DNA of 64,000 nucleotides, taken from Lytechinus pictus. Its lineage: Eukaryota. Under the pieces are notes generated by a model. It made no database searches. It was not told the origin of the DNA and saw only the letters and a list, made by a program, of their open reading frames with translations. A program made the translations under genes and the position numbers. Within the stretch, counting starts at the first letter, position 1; each line of letters starts with the position of its first letter. The stretch spans positions 23,810,001-23,874,000 of the forward strand of contig NC_087245.1 in assembly GCF_037042905.1 (NCBI RefSeq), in the 5' to 3' direction. Shown here in pieces: positions 1-11,172 of the stretch.

Positions 1-1380
1 TGGAGCAGTTTTTGCCCTATAATATTTTATTTCCTTCTGTTTTGGGATAGCTTTCAAATTCTATCTGCATTCAGATTTTGGGTAACAACTTTTCCTGTCA
101 TTTGTAATTCAGGCCCAATAATAGCCAGATGAAGATATATATAAAAAAAAAAAAACTTTGTGAAGAGTTGTAGCTTTCCATCCGTTTGAGTACTGAATAA
201 TTGTCAGTGCCATTGTCTGCTGCAAATTGAAAAAATTAAATTCATAATCTGGAATTTTTTTTTTACGTACGAACCTATGGAAGCACAACCCTCCTGAAAA
301 CGACATGTCACAAAATTTAGGCCATTAAAAAAACTTGATACAGCCTACTGCCAAAACTTGTTATTTTGAGTTTTTCATCGCCAAAATACTCAGCTTTCAA
401 GTGGTGAATACACAGAAATTGTGCAAATTCATAGATGTGCATTATCCCACTTCAAGCAAAAGACAAGATAAAATTAATGACAGGGTCTAGCAGTCCGAAA
501 TTTTGTCATTTGTTTTATTATCATTATATATCGATACCATGCTGACTGTGTGTCAAGCACACAGTGATATTGTTATATTGTTGTATTAGTTTTACTCATC
601 ATCCATGGCTATTTTCAAAAATATTGTTTTTGCTCCAAGTAGTTAGGCCCTACAATATAATTCCTCTTTTTAACCTTTTCTCTCTTTTTTTCTCTGCGAA
701 ATCCTTCTCAACTTCCTACCACTCTGTGTCGTGTAGTGTCAGTTGAAGATACTGTACGCCCCGTATTTCCTTGGGTCTTCCTGTTGATAAGAGGGGCCCC
801 CACTCAGAACTAACTGTGAATTTGATAGGTTTGTCTGTGAAAAGATGGGCAGGAACATGCACAGATATGACGGAGAAAAAAACATTCTTCAGAATAGTGA
901 TTTATGACAATCATAGTAGTGTCACATCTTTGAAAGAAATGAGCGAATTTATGACAAAAGTTACAACGGCTTTCCAGAATACCACACCTGGTGGTCTGAT
1001 ATCCACTTGGTCTACTGATTATGGTATATTGCACTACAGCAAATGAAGAAAGAACAGATCTATAAGCATTTCTTGTAGAACTGCTGGTGTTACACCTCTA
1101 GAGTGGATATTAGGCAAATTGGGTGTTGCCAACTAATGTACCAGTTACTAAAATGTGAAAAGAAGGTCACCAACCAACTGGATTGCTCTAGTTGTCACAT
1201 GCAGGCAGGGTCAAGCAGTTACACCAAGTGCATATGCAGGGGGGGGGGGCTTAAGGGTGCGCTCTCCCCCCCCCCCCCCACGTAAAAGTCCAACTCTTGA
1301 TCCACGCCTGCACACTGTACTTAAAAACTCTTGAGCCTGTTATTTTTTCAGTGCTTTATTGACAAACAAGATTAGACTAA

Positions 1381-2151
1381 GGCTGCGTTTATGCGACCTC
1401 AAGCCAGAATCATGATTTGAATCATGATTTGAATCATGATTCAAAACACAAACATGAATCACAATATCACAGAATCAGCGTTTAGACGACCGTCATTCCA
1501 ATGCTGTTTCTCCTCAGATTCGGGCCAATCCAGTGCGCATCACTAGTGCGCAGTTTGACAGAGGAAGTTTTTCGCACGTGTTTCGGCTCTCGAAAAATCT
1601 TTTGCTTCCAGAATTCAACCTAATTTTGTTTACTTCTATCATATAAGGTCCATATGCTTCTATCCAAAATGGTGTTCGGAAGTGAATTTCAGCGTAGATC
1701 CAATTTAATATTGACACTCTATACTCATCATTGTCTCCAGTTAATTCATTTACTAGAACTTGAAGTTGAAGACATGACCAAAAAATGAAAAGTAGTGGAC
1801 GATGCGAAGACCAACACAGAACTTGAACATGACAAGAAATGCATGCAGAGTAATCATGTACATACAATGAGCATAAGCTTGGCAAGAGTCAAACCGAAAG
1901 CCGTAGCCCGACGACACAGTGAGGTCATATAATCATGATTCAAATCACGATATCGTTTATTCGAACATTTTCGTACGTGATTCTGCAGAAACGTCTTTCC
2001 AAACGCCCCTTTTTTCGTGTTTCATGTTTGTGATTCTAATCATGATTATATTCAATTTCGACTAAACGCAATCGTGATTCTGCAGAATCATGATTTGAAT
2101 CATGATTCAGATCATGATTCTAGGGTGAAAAAGTGGCGGATAAACGCACCC
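1381..2151. mobile_element. PIF/Harbinger-like MITE, present in unit 1 only
   Basis: TIRs GGCTGCGTTTATGCG / CGGATAAACGCACCC, flanked by TAA/TAT. Subterminal GAATCATGATTT repeats. Empty site gactaagttgaac in unit 2 at ~12066-12078. Confidence 0.88.
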
Positions 2152-3923
2152 TATGTTGAACATTCAAAGGAAGCCAATAGTATCAAATTTAAGAGTGGTT
2201 GGGAAGGATTGATGATCTAGGGAAAACTGTGAAATTAATTGTGCTGCCACATTTTGTATTCGTTGAATACAAAATTAATTCAGAGATATGCTTCATATCT
2301 ACATTTACTACAACTTTCTTCTTCATGGATTGTCATAGGCTTTGCTCTATGTTAAATCATGCAATCGATCTCTTTTTTGCATTAAAACAAGGGGATTTTT
2401 CACAAAATTTAATATCTACAACGTCTTAACTAGTGCTTCAACACAAATAACATTATTCAAATTGAAAAACAATGAACCTATAATGTTACAATACATTGCA
2501 GACATGTGTTATGGACCATTTAATTGGCTTGTCATTTGTCCAATTTAGATACATTATATGCAGATCTATGCATAATTTGGTTATATTCATGAGTGACTTT
2601 CTCTGAGTGAATGATCTTACAAGCAGGACTATAATATGAAATATCACAGAAGTATATAAACACCAGTAAATCTAAAACAAATTGGGCATTTCATTTACTT
2701 TTTGTCATATCCTTGTACATGTACATGTATCCTCAAACTACATATTAAAGATAGATACCAGTAGTGGTAATGACCCTCAAAATGAGTTCGAACAGAATCC
2801 AATAAAATACCACCCTTGGAGTGTTTGTATGTATGAATAAAGAATATGCGCCAATTGGCTCTGGAAGAAAATGCATAATTGCTGAGAAACAAGCAAAATA
2901 TTCACAGAATTCCATCAAATGTCTGGTATTTTTCCAGGAAGTATTAATACATTTTCCCATATATGCTATTCTGTGGTAGTGATCATTATAATTATTGGTT
3001 TTTAGCTAGGATTTCATGATTTCACAAAGATAAGTTTGCACTAATGTACCAGATGTACATGTAGATCAATGATGATATTGTGACTATTAACCTTTATTTA
3101 AAAGACTTTCTAATGAAATAATTGTTTGCTGCGTACACTTTCTTTTAAAATTGATGTGCTCATATTTTGTAATAAATACCACCACGCATTGCACATGTAG
3201 ATCATTGCCAGTTCAACATTTTATGTTCTTGTTAACTGTCCATCAGCCCCAGAATTATTTAAAAAAAATCACCTTTGTTTCGCTGCAATGTTAAAACTTA
3301 TTCAATGTTGCAGAATTTGTCAGTAGGTTCCAAAACGTAGCCCCCGAAAATAAGAAATGATGATAATGATTTAATGTCTGGTACCTGTAGGTTTATAGTA
3401 ACTATTTTTAGCATTTTTATCTTATTGAGAAAAGAACAAAGAAAGCCGCTCCAAAGCATAGCATTTTCTTCTTATCAAGAGAAAAGAAGAAAGAAATCCG
3501 CACCAAAGCTTCGCATATTTTTCGTTATGCCGTTCCGTCCACTTTGATCCCCTACAATGAACTGCAATTTTGGTGAAAAGCGGCCGCAGAGCGCTGTCCG
3601 ACCATCGCCTCTGCGCGAGCCCACCCGGTGACCATACCGCTTGGGTAGCTGCATGCATGTATGCCCATTCCATTGTGATGCAAACGCAGGCTACCCGTTC
3701 CAAGGACCCCTGTTTTCACAAACATTTGTAGTTCCGAGGCCCGTTCCGAGGACCCTCCTTTTTACAGCAAGCCCGCTCCAAGGCCCCTGAATTTTGTCTC
3801 GCCCGCTGCATATACCTACCACTTTTTTGGTCGTACCCCCCCCCCCCCCCTCCCCCGGGTATAACAGATTTCATTTATAGTCAAAGGGATAAGCTATACA
3901 AATTTCAAATTGCACTCTGTGTG

Positions 3924-6900
3924 TTAAATACAGTAAATGAATGCCAACATCGATACGAACAATACATAACATGACTTACATGTACTAATAACATTTGAAG
4001 TAGGCATACTTGAAGTTAAAATATTATTAGTACCACATTGAAGTGTATCTTTCCATTCTTTTGCTAATATTGTAGTACTAGTATTAGAACTGTCTTCCAC
4101 ATTCTCTTCCATTTCCTCTACAAGTAAATCTATAGTGAATTTTGTTTGCCCACCTTCATTCTTACTCCAACAGGTGTAAAGACCAATCATATCCTTAGTA
4201 ACGTAACTGATTAGAAGTGCATTATGTGGAAGGATAGAAATTGCTTCTGGTAGGGTGTCTCTTACAGTGTTTAGTTGTTTCCCTTGAAATGTGACTGACC
4301 AGTAAATGTCATTTGATGTTATTATTGGGCAAGGTAACTCAACCATTTTGTCACCAAGGAATGAAAGAAGAGTTTGGTAGGGCTGAGAGCACAGCAGTGG
4401 TCGGCAGGTGAAGCTGTTCTTGGCAGCAAGATCAACCACTGAATAGTTGGCATAAGCTAAAGGTTTGTCACATTTTATGGGGGTGAGTGTGTGTTTCAGA
4501 GCGAAAATAGATTTGATGAGGTCACAATTACATGTCCAAGGATTATTTTCTAATTCAATTTGGATGCTTTTCAAAGTGAAGGTCAGTAAGCCGAGATCAA
4601 GCTTTGTAAGTTGGTTGCCTTGAAGGTAAAGACGAGTCAAGTATGTCTGATGCCGTAATGAGCCAAATTCAAAGAACAGTATAAGGTTATAACTTAAATC
4701 TAGAAACCAGAATTGATGATGCTTGTCAAATGAATCCATTAAGATCAATTTTAGTTTATTTTGAGACAGATTGAGACTGTATGCTTTGTTACTTCTTGGC
4801 AGACAGTATTTTGGGATGGTAGTAATGGCATTGTTTGACAAATCAAGAATGTTTACAGTGTTTATTAACACATTTTGACAGTGGTCCCCAAGGTTGATAG
4901 AAGAGAGATTTAAAAACCATAGATCTGAGAATTCCAAAATGGTTCCTACACTATTACTTGTGTTTCTCACAAAGTGGGCACGAAAAGCCAAATTTTCATT
5001 GAGTTCCAAGTAGAGTAAATTTGGAGTATCTTGAAATATGCTCAAGGATGTGTTTGAAAAGGGTATAGAAGGAAAAGATATGCCCTCTATATCCTGACTT
5101 TCTGAAAACAGGTGATTTGAAATGCGTGTTAAAGGATTTTCACCTAAATAAATAAATTTCAAATCCAGAATGTCTGAGAAAAGACCAGAACGAAGGTGTG
5201 TTATGCGATTCCTTTCCAGCTTCAATTTCATAACTTGTCTTAAACCATAGAATGCTGTAGGATATATGTCAGCTATGTCATTATCGTTCAATTCAAGAAA
5301 TATTAGTGAGGATGCTGATGTGAAAGTGAAATTTGGTATGGAGACAATATGATTCTTATTCAGGTATAGTCCAACCAAATTGGGAGAAATTTTGATGTTT
5401 TTGAAATCAGTCAAGTTGTTGTTGCATGCAAATATATTGGTTCCTGATAGCTCACTTGAATTTGAAGCTCCAAAGGCATTATTATTAACGTTTATATGAA
5501 GAGCTGAAGTAGAAACAACATCAGTGATTCTGTTGCCCTCTGCATTGATATAAACGAGTGTTCTGTCACCAAAGAGGTGATTCAAGTTAAAATGATATAA
5601 AAGATTGTGACTGATATCAAGGCTTTGGAGGGATTGCAAGTTGCGTATATTAATCTCCATGAATAAATTAAATGACAAGTCCAAAGTTCTGAGATGGATT
5701 AGAGTCAAGAAGTCTGGAGAGTTGATGGTTCTGAGTCTGTTATGGCTTATATACAGCTTCTCAAGTGAATAAATGGAATGAAGGAATCTAAGATCAGAAA
5801 TTTTATTTTTGGCCAGGTTTAATACAGCTACATGTAGTCTTGGTGAAGAGTCAAATGTTGAGTTTTCTATAGTGTGAATTATGTTTTCTGATAATTGGAG
5901 ATTTGTAAGTTCAGGAAAAGTTGGAAGGTTTGATAATATTGATATTCTGTTTTTATTAAGCCTGAGCACACGAAGTTGAGGAAGGCAAATCAGGGTTTTG
6001 TTATCCAAAAATGTGATAGAGTTTGAAGACAGTTGCAGCCACTTTAGGTTTAGCAAATTTCCAAACTTTTTCGTGTTCTTAATTTGATTAGAGTTTAAAT
6101 TAATGTATTCTAAATTGTGATGACTATCCATGCCAAAGTCAACATATTTTATTCTATTGAATCCAGCATATAGAGAATACAGGTTAGGAAAGGACGAGAT
6201 GGAAATATTTTGCAGGTCATTCATATCAACATTAAGAATTCTTAGCTTTGTATAATTCCCTCCTTCAAATGTAAAGTCAAATCTTGACAGGCTGTTTTTT
6301 CGAAGGAGAAGACTTTGTGGTGTACTGAAGAAAGAGCATGATAATTGAATAATTTCATTGCCCTTTAAATTGATTGTATCTATGTTTGGAATGTTAGAAA
6401 AGGCAGGTCTTTGCACAACTCTTATATTGTTTTCTTCCAAAAATATGTGCCTGATGTACATCATATTACAGAAGGAAGAGATATCTATAATGTTGTTGTG
6501 CCGGAGTTTGATTGTGTCTAGCAAAGGGACACTTAAGAATACATTGTCACTGATGCGTCTTATGTAGTTGAATTCAAGCGTAAGTATCTTCAGGCTTTTC
6601 ATCGTTTGCAGTCTATCCAAATATTCAATATTGTTGTAGTTAATGTTCAGATGTGATATGGCATTTGGATACGCCAACATCATTGTGTGAAGGTCATTGA
6701 TAGCATTTCCATTCAAATTCAAAATTGATAATTTGAATGGAATTTTTGGTAGACTTGTGAGTTTATTGTATGCCAGTTCAAGTTCTGTAAGGTGTGTTGT
6801 ATTCTGAAGTGTTTGATGATGCCACTCTGTCAGAGAGTTCTGCATGACAGATATTTGTAGAATGATGGGTAACGAACCAAGATATGGAATGCTCTGAAGG

Positions 6901-7232
6901 AAGTTAGAGTGAAGTTCTATGAGCATAAGTTCTCCTGCATTATCAAAGACTTGCTTCTCGATGTAGTGTAGATGGTTATGGGACAGAAGAAGTTCCCTCA
7001 ACCTGTTTTGGCATGAGAATGACCCTCTGTTTAGCGTGGAGATGAAGTTCCTGCGCAAGTTAAGTACACCAACATTACATGGGAGATCCTTTGGAACATC
7101 TTCTAGATAGTGGTCTGTACATGTCATTCTAAAATTCACACCCTGCTGCTCACAGTGACACGGATCCTGACATTGTGAATTACAGCCCCTTCCATAAACA
7201 GTGACTAGTAGTAGGAATATGAAGATATTCAT
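3924..7232 (-). CDS. Intronless LRR-Ig cell-surface protein, copy 1 (1102 aa from the conserved ATG; an in-frame upstream ATG exists at 7295)
   Basis: Uninterrupted 3.3-kb ORF. Signal peptide MNIFIFLLLVTVYGRGCNS, LRRNT CQDPCHC..C, many LxxLxLxxNxI repeats, LRRCT NPWTCNCDL..C, Ig-like domain (LPC..YW..DMIGLYTC), S/T-rich stalk, hydrophobic C-terminus VLFVSMLAFIYCI*. Confidence 0.93.
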   Translation of the reverse strand: MNIFIFLLLVTVYGRGCNSQCQDPCHCEQQGVNFRMTCTDHYLEDVPKDLPCNVGVLNLRRNFISTLNRGSFSCQNRLRELLLSHNHLHYIEKQVFDNAGELMLIELHSNFLQSIPYLGSLPIILQISVMQNSLTEWHHQTLQNTTHLTELELAYNKLTSLPKIPFKLSILNLNGNAINDLHTMMLAYPNAISHLNINYNNIEYLDRLQTMKSLKILTLEFNYIRRISDNVFLSVPLLDTIKLRHNNIIDISSFCNMMYIRHIFLEENNIRVVQRPAFSNIPNIDTINLKGNEIIQLSCSFFSTPQSLLLRKNSLSRFDFTFEGGNYTKLRILNVDMNDLQNISISSFPNLYSLYAGFNRIKYVDFGMDSHHNLEYINLNSNQIKNTKKFGNLLNLKWLQLSSNSITFLDNKTLICLPQLRVLRLNKNRISILSNLPTFPELTNLQLSENIIHTIENSTFDSSPRLHVAVLNLAKNKISDLRFLHSIYSLEKLYISHNRLRTINSPDFLTLIHLRTLDLSFNLFMEINIRNLQSLQSLDISHNLLYHFNLNHLFGDRTLVYINAEGNRITDVVSTSALHINVNNNAFGASNSSELSGTNIFACNNNLTDFKNIKISPNLVGLYLNKNHIVSIPNFTFTSASSLIFLELNDNDIADIYPTAFYGLRQVMKLKLERNRITHLRSGLFSDILDLKFIYLGENPLTRISNHLFSESQDIEGISFPSIPFSNTSLSIFQDTPNLLYLELNENLAFRAHFVRNTSNSVGTILEFSDLWFLNLSSINLGDHCQNVLINTVNILDLSNNAITTIPKYCLPRSNKAYSLNLSQNKLKLILMDSFDKHHQFWFLDLSYNLILFFEFGSLRHQTYLTRLYLQGNQLTKLDLGLLTFTLKSIQIELENNPWTCNCDLIKSIFALKHTLTPIKCDKPLAYANYSVVDLAAKNSFTCRPLLCSQPYQTLLSFLGDKMVELPCPIITSNDIYWSVTFQGKQLNTVRDTLPEAISILPHNALLISYVTKDMIGLYTCWSKNEGGQTKFTIDLLVEEMEENVEDSSNTSTTILAKEWKDTLQCGTNNILTSSMPTSNVISTCKSCYVLFVSMLAFIYCI

Positions 7233-8839
7233 TGTTGTTCTGAGAGAAGGAATTTCCAGATGGAAAAACATGTCAATGAAAGATTTGCATTTCATAGGGA
7301 TCGTCTTCTTTCTCCTGTGGAAATGATTGAGTCAAGCACACAATTATCAACAAATGGTAATCCAACAGTCTTCACTTTCTTGAAATATTGTATTACTCTT
7401 ATTTTTCAATGAAGAGCACTGCTTATGGGTAAGACATGCGTACATCATATGCATTATCAAGAGAATACCAGTGAGAGAATACTGAGACTAATAATAGTGA
7501 ATGTGACTTATATAGTGCCAGATCCACTCTGTAGAGAGCTGGAGGTGTATGAAGAAATTATAAGGTGAACAGAAAAGTTGTAAGAACACTTTTAAAGGAC
7601 TCGACACATACAATTTTCATGTGCATACAAAAAGAATATTAAAGCAAATGATAGTGATTAGAGCAAGCAAAAATTAGACAACAAACAGAGCTCTATTGGA
7701 GGTCATCCAGTAGGCGTTAAGACCCAACCAAAAAATAAATAGTAATAATGATCATTATAAAAATGAGGAAAATGATACTTCTCTCTTTAAGGTTGTAATT
7801 AGCTCTGGGAACGAGTAATCCAGAATTTATGCCTCTAGCATTTCAAAGTATTAATTTTTTAATTGCAGAAGATGAATGCTTTTTAGTATATTGATTGAAT
7901 GTTCTTCCGCAAAAATGCATTGTGAATAATAATAATAATAATAATTGGCTTTAACATCACGCTTTATGAATCTACAATTGCTCAAAGCGCTTCTCAATTA
8001 CAAAGCCTGCTTTAATGTACGTATGTATGATAAATACTCATCAGGATTTGATACAAAAATGACATCGGCGGGTAATTAATTTAATTAAATTTCTTTTGCT
8101 TGGAGGGAATTCTGATTACCATTAGAGCATGATCGGTTCATCACGGATGGACATTTGATCGATTTTCAAATTTTGAAGGCTTGTAACAAATTAAGAATAA
8201 GATGAGCAAGGTTTGTTTGTGTATTATAGTGAAAGGTACTAGGACAAAGTATACTGCATGATTAAAAAAGTAGGTTGCCATGGTTACCTACAAACACAAG
8301 GATCCACTAAACGTTCCTTTTCACAAGATGAAAATAGTGTTTTAAAATTTGTTGTACATTTCTATTGTTTCTATCTAAACAACTTAACATTGACTAACAA
8401 TTGTTGATGCAAATATAACACTCCTGTCTCTTTAATAGCTTTTATGTCAAGCATATTGAATTCTAAACCAATATCTAACTTCTGAGAGAATCGCAAATAT
8501 TTTTCATCATGGATGGACATCACGGACGGACACAGTTAACCCACATCAGGAGGACCTTGTAAGAAGTTCTTGTTATTTTTTTGGAGGAGGTGAACAAATG
8601 CTAAATTTGATGAATTGTACATTTCTGAATATGATTGAACAGTGTTGGTTGCACAATCAAGTTGCTGCAAGTTGAACCAACTTGATTGAAATGGTAGCAT
8701 GCTAGACTTTTATCTCAACTTATGATTGCTTTAAGCACAAAATCAAATGTTCTAATGTTCATTGTTTTATTTTCAGATTATAGACGTGGTACCATGTACA
8801 TGTACATGAAGCTGATCAATGATGTACGGTACATGTTAA

Positions 8840-9246
8840 GGCCACCACACACCTTACGACTGTTCGTGATCCGATTTTGGAACAAATCGCAATTTGCTCA
8901 TTTTCTGAAAGTGTGAATGGAACATATCATTTTATTTGAGGTTAAAATTAATTGAAAGAATACTACCATTTTGAAAGATTGCAAGCCTTTATTTTGGAGT
9001 AAAGGTCAAATTAGTTTCAAATCGTAGCCAATCGTACGACTGCTATGACGTCATTACGACTAGATATTAAATTCGCTTTTATTCTAAGAAGGATGATAGC
9101 ATAGTCACAGATTTGAACATAGGTATTCGTACAATGATTTAGAACATTACACAGTAATATATTCCAAGTCTCAATATTAGCATCAAATTCTACTACATTT
9201 TATTCTGAAATCGAGTCGCAGACCAATCGTAAGGTGTGCGGTCGCC
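8840..9246. mobile_element. Harbinger-like MITE
   Basis: TIRs GGCCACCACACACCTTACGA / TCGTAAGGTGTGCGGTCGCC, flanked by TTAA on both sides. Second copy at 40906-41710. Confidence 0.85.
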
Positions 9247-9290
9247 TTAACATGTTCATGAATCATAATATCTCATGATCAAATATGTTA

Positions 9291-10256
9291 TAGTAGAGTG
9301 GATAAGCAGAACAATTGTGCAAATTATGACTTAAGCATGAAACTTTCACAAGTATTAGTATATGCCGTAAGATTTATTTTAAAGATGGGAGGTAAATTTT
9401 TAAATGCTATTTTTGGCTGTTGCCATGGCAACGGATTAATTTCTCCAAAATAACATACATTCCCATGTAAATGGTAAATAAAAATGATATACAGTAGATG
9501 ACCAAAATGATAATTTTCAGGCTCCCATTTGAAAACATGAAATTTAGAAATATTCAAGATCACCAAGATAGTTCCAATTGGTCTGTTGCCATGGCAACGG
9601 CTTGTTTTTCCCCAGAAAAATAAAAAAATTGATTAAAAAACCGTTGTAGAATATGATTTATCTTTAATTTCCCCTAATTCTACAATGTTAAAGATATTTT
9701 GGTTGCTAAATGTGTAAATTACATCTCAAGCCATTGCCATGGCAACCAAATAACATCTAATTTACAAAAATAACATGGTTGACAAGACAATGGACAGGTG
9801 GAAAATACAGTTAGAATTGACTTAATCTGTATGCTTAAGTTTTGACCCCCTCATTTGAACAAAAAATACAGAAGTGTTCTGCAGGAGTTCTTTATAAAGG
9901 TAAAAAAATATGTTGCCTTGGTAATGCTTGAATTTTCAGTTATTTATATATATATATTGGAGCTATCTTGGTGATCTTGAATATCTGTAAATTTCATATG
10001 TATTCAATTGGGAGCCTGAAAATCATCATTTTGGTCATCTATATCATGTTTATTTACCATTTACATGGGAATGTATGTAATTTTGGAGAAATTAATCCGT
10101 TGCCATGGCAACGGCCGAAAATGGCATTTAAAAATTTACCTCCCATCTTTAAAATAAATCTTACGGCATATACATGTACTTATACTTGTGAAAGTTTCAT
10201 GCTTTAGTCAAAATTTGCACAATTGTTGTGATTTTTGGAGCTTATCCGCTCTACTA
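9291..10256. mobile_element. Non-autonomous DNA transposon with long imperfect TIRs (Academ-like TAGTAGAG termini)
   Basis: TAGTAGAGTGGATAAGC..GCTTATCCGCTCTACTA, ~280-bp inverted arms, 3-bp TTA TSD. Confidence 0.8.
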
Positions 10257-10493
10257 TTAATACATGTACTAGGCGTTAATTTTCCAAGAACAAATTTGCC
10301 TTAAAGTCTGTTGATCTATCTTTTTTTTTCTGCCTCAGGAATATAAAAAAAAAAAAATTAAAAGGTTGCTGATTCCCGATTCTTGTTTGGTAGATCAAGT
10401 ATGGCCACAACATTTTGTCAGAGGCTCTCTTGAATATCCCTCTTTTGCCCACTTGTAATGGAGACACCATAACACCAACAGCAGTCATGTATG

Positions 10494-11172
10494 TAGACCC
10501 TGACCGGACCCAAAATTGTAATTGATAAAATCATATACCAATCAAAGTCTTATTAAACTTCTTAACACAGCAATGCAAGCTTTATATATTTTCACTGTTT
10601 ACTAGCTGAGCAATTTGCCTAAAATTAGCTCCAATTACTGGGCTTCAGAAAAAGGCAACCTTGAATTAAGGAAATCTACAGCTTTGGAGCAGTTTTTGCC
10701 CTATAATATTTTATTTCCTTCTGTTTTGGGATAGCTTTCAAATTCTATCTGCATTCAGATTTTGGGTAACAACTTTTCCTGTCATTTGTAATTCAGGCCC
10801 AATAATAGCCAGATGAAGATATATATTAAAAAAAAAAACTTTGTGAAGAGTTGTAGCTTTCCATCCGTTTGAGTACTGAATAATTGTCAGTGCCATTGTC
10901 TGCTGCAAATTGAAAAAATTAAATTCATAATCTGGAATTTTTTTTTTACGTACGAACCTATGGAAGCACAACCCTCCTGAAAACGACATGTCACAAAATT
11001 TAGGCCATTAAAAAAACTTGATACAGCCTACTGCCAAAACTTGTTATTTTGAGTTTTTCATCGCCAAAATACTCAGCTTTCAAGTGGTGAATACACAGAA
11101 ATTGTGCAAATTCATAGATGTGCATTATCCCACTTCAAGCAAAAGACAAGATAAAATTAATGACAGGGTCTA
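10494..11172. mobile_element. hAT-like MITE shared by both duplication units (partial copy at 1-489)
   Basis: TIRs TAGACCCTG / CAGGGTCTA; TSD not clean. Confidence 0.6.

Larger units (their letters stand above)
1..7920. repeat. Tandem segmental duplication, unit 1 (begins before the window)
   Basis: Position 1 aligns to 10685 (tggagcagtttttgccctataat). Near identity runs to ~7250, then weaker similarity to ~7920. Confidence 0.95.

Noticed and set aside
6358..6567. Plus-strand ORFs inside the LRR genes (also 14989-15219 and 16219-16428)
   Set aside because: Antisense shadows of the real CDS with non-ATG starts.
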